Assembly: GCA_963775895.1 (NCBI GenBank)
Contig: CAVZKL010000019.1
Span: 1-64,000, forward strand
Source of the DNA: Candidatus Bathyarchaeota archaeon
GTDB taxonomy: Archaea; Thermoproteota; Bathyarchaeia; Bathyarchaeales; Bathycorpusculaceae
Direction: 5' to 3'
Length of the DNA: 64,000 bases
The notes below the pieces were generated by a model, which saw only the letters and a list, made by a program, of their open reading frames with translations, ran no database searches and was not told the origin of the DNA. A program made the translations under genes and the position numbers. This document shows, piece after piece, positions 63,026-64,000 of this stretch. The stretch's first letter is position 1; each line of letters begins with the position of its first letter.

Positions 63026-63271
63026 CTAACCAGAGCCTCTGTTTTCCGCTTCGTCCAAGGCTTCCTTACGTTGCCAAGCAGCATCCGTCTTGCCTGAAGA
63101 GTCTTCACGTCGATGTAAACCAAGTACAGGATTATCCGTTTCCTCAGTGCCTTCAACTCGAGACGGTCTCAAACCCCAGCAGGTTAATTGCTGGGCTTGC
63201 CCAACCGCAACCAAAGCAAACGGCAACGTTGCAACACTCATTGCGACGAGGAGAAGCTTCCACAACTTCAT
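63026..63271 (-). CDS. possible small secreted protein
   Basis: signal-peptide-like MKLWKLLLVAMSVATLPFALVAVGQA; TTTAAATA TATA-like motif upstream. Confidence 0.35.
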   Translation of the reverse strand: MKLWKLLLVAMSVATLPFALVAVGQAQQLTCWGLRPSRVEGTEETDNPVLGLHRREDSSGKTDAAWQRKEALDEAENRGSG

Positions 63272-63628
63272 GCTTCTTAATCACTCAAAACGAACCAGCC
63301 ATGTTCAATTATTTAAACCCTGTTAAAAGAAACACGAATCCGATGCGCCCGCAGATCCGAGCAGATCTCGCGAGTTCTTGTGTCTTCCAGGATCTTTTGG
63401 GTTTCGCTTTCTGTTGGGTTATGGACTGGTTGCAGTGCGAAGAAATGTTGGGGATTGCGAATGGATAGTGGTCAAAATGGCGCGCCTAAAATTATTCGCT
63501 GAAAAAAAGCTTATTGTGTACCTCCCCTCCTCGGTTTCAATGTATCATGAATATTAGGATCCAAATATGCACGGATGCGATTTGTTTTTCTGCCTTTTTG
63601 CGGCACACGCTCTTTTTCACTGTATAAG

Positions 63629-63651
63629 TGCGGGGAGTGGGACTTGAACCC
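63629..63651 (-). mobile_element. tRNA (Leu-like) 3' fragment, probable att site of an integrated element lying to the right
   Basis: GGGTTCAAGTCCCACTCCCCGCA = T-loop, 3' acceptor strand and discriminator; no D or anticodon arm upstream. Confidence 0.6.
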
Positions 63652-63929
63652 CAACAGAAGTGGCGACGTCTCCCGCAAATCCCCCTTTTTTCTCTCTGCA
63701 TCTACGTATTCGGGTCACTTGACGCTAACGTGCTCAGCCTATCGTCAAATTGGTGCTCTTTAACTGGCATCCGCGCGCTTGATCGCCCTCTTCCAAGACC
63801 AAGTCTAATCCTCCTGTGTTGTACTATCTCTTGCGGCGCTTTATTGGTGAGGATACGATGGCAACACGAAAATTCACTTATCTTGAAGTTGTACCTGCGA
63901 TTTCTGTACAAAAGAGTGCATGCGCGCGC

Positions 63930-64000
63930 CTAGAACTCTAGTGTTTTCCGAATCTTCTCAAGGTTCTCTTTGGCTGCGGGCTCCTCGTTCGACAGGAACT
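63930..64000 (-). CDS. 3' end of a gene entering from outside the window (...FLSNEEPAAKENLEKIRKTLEF*)
   Basis: open frame from the window edge to TAG at 63930. Confidence 0.35.
   Translation of the reverse strand, partial: FLSNEEPAAKENLEKIRKTLEF

Noticed and set aside
63000-63180. Moco/tungsten-cofactor riboswitch or hammerhead (CTGAGGA) in the Moco-gene leader
   Set aside because: Could not build the required stems or the GAAA core by eye
63628-63933. Intact tRNA, or the 101-aa plus-strand ORF starting MRGVGLEP
   Set aside because: No D or anticodon arms; the ORF start is simply the reverse complement of the tRNA 3' end

Overview
Archaeal chromosomal segment, TACK-like and most consistent with Bathyarchaeia (inferred from dockerin-like repeats, VPEF-type C-terminal sorting signals, an acidic N-terminal extension on eL31 and gene order). 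Most of the window is housekeeping: srp54-pus10-rpl21e-rpo4-DUF655-ksgA-hemK; secE-spt5-rpl11-rpl1-rplP0-rpl12; rnp4-yhbY...rps19e-PDCD5-rpl39e-rpl31e-aIF6-rpl18a-pfdA-ftsY; asnS, glyS and endA. Accessory blocks are interspersed: acetate permease plus acetyl-CoA synthetase, two P-type ATPases and CDF proteins, an ether-lipid/isoprenoid-kinase operon, a ~9 kb nucleoside uptake/salvage block splitting yhbY from rps19e, and a cell-surface tungstate/molybdopterin module (dockerin-fused TupA, TupBC, two anchored sulfite-oxidase-fold proteins). A tRNA 3' fragment (probable att site) lies near the right end. Around 25-30 single-base frameshifts, some in essential genes, point to assembly indel errors rather than pseudogenes. 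The best non-ORF signal is a stem-closed double-guide C/D box sRNA at 345-410 whose guides match adjacent sites in the 23S peptidyl-transferase loop. All calls come from motif recognition by eye; no database searches were run.
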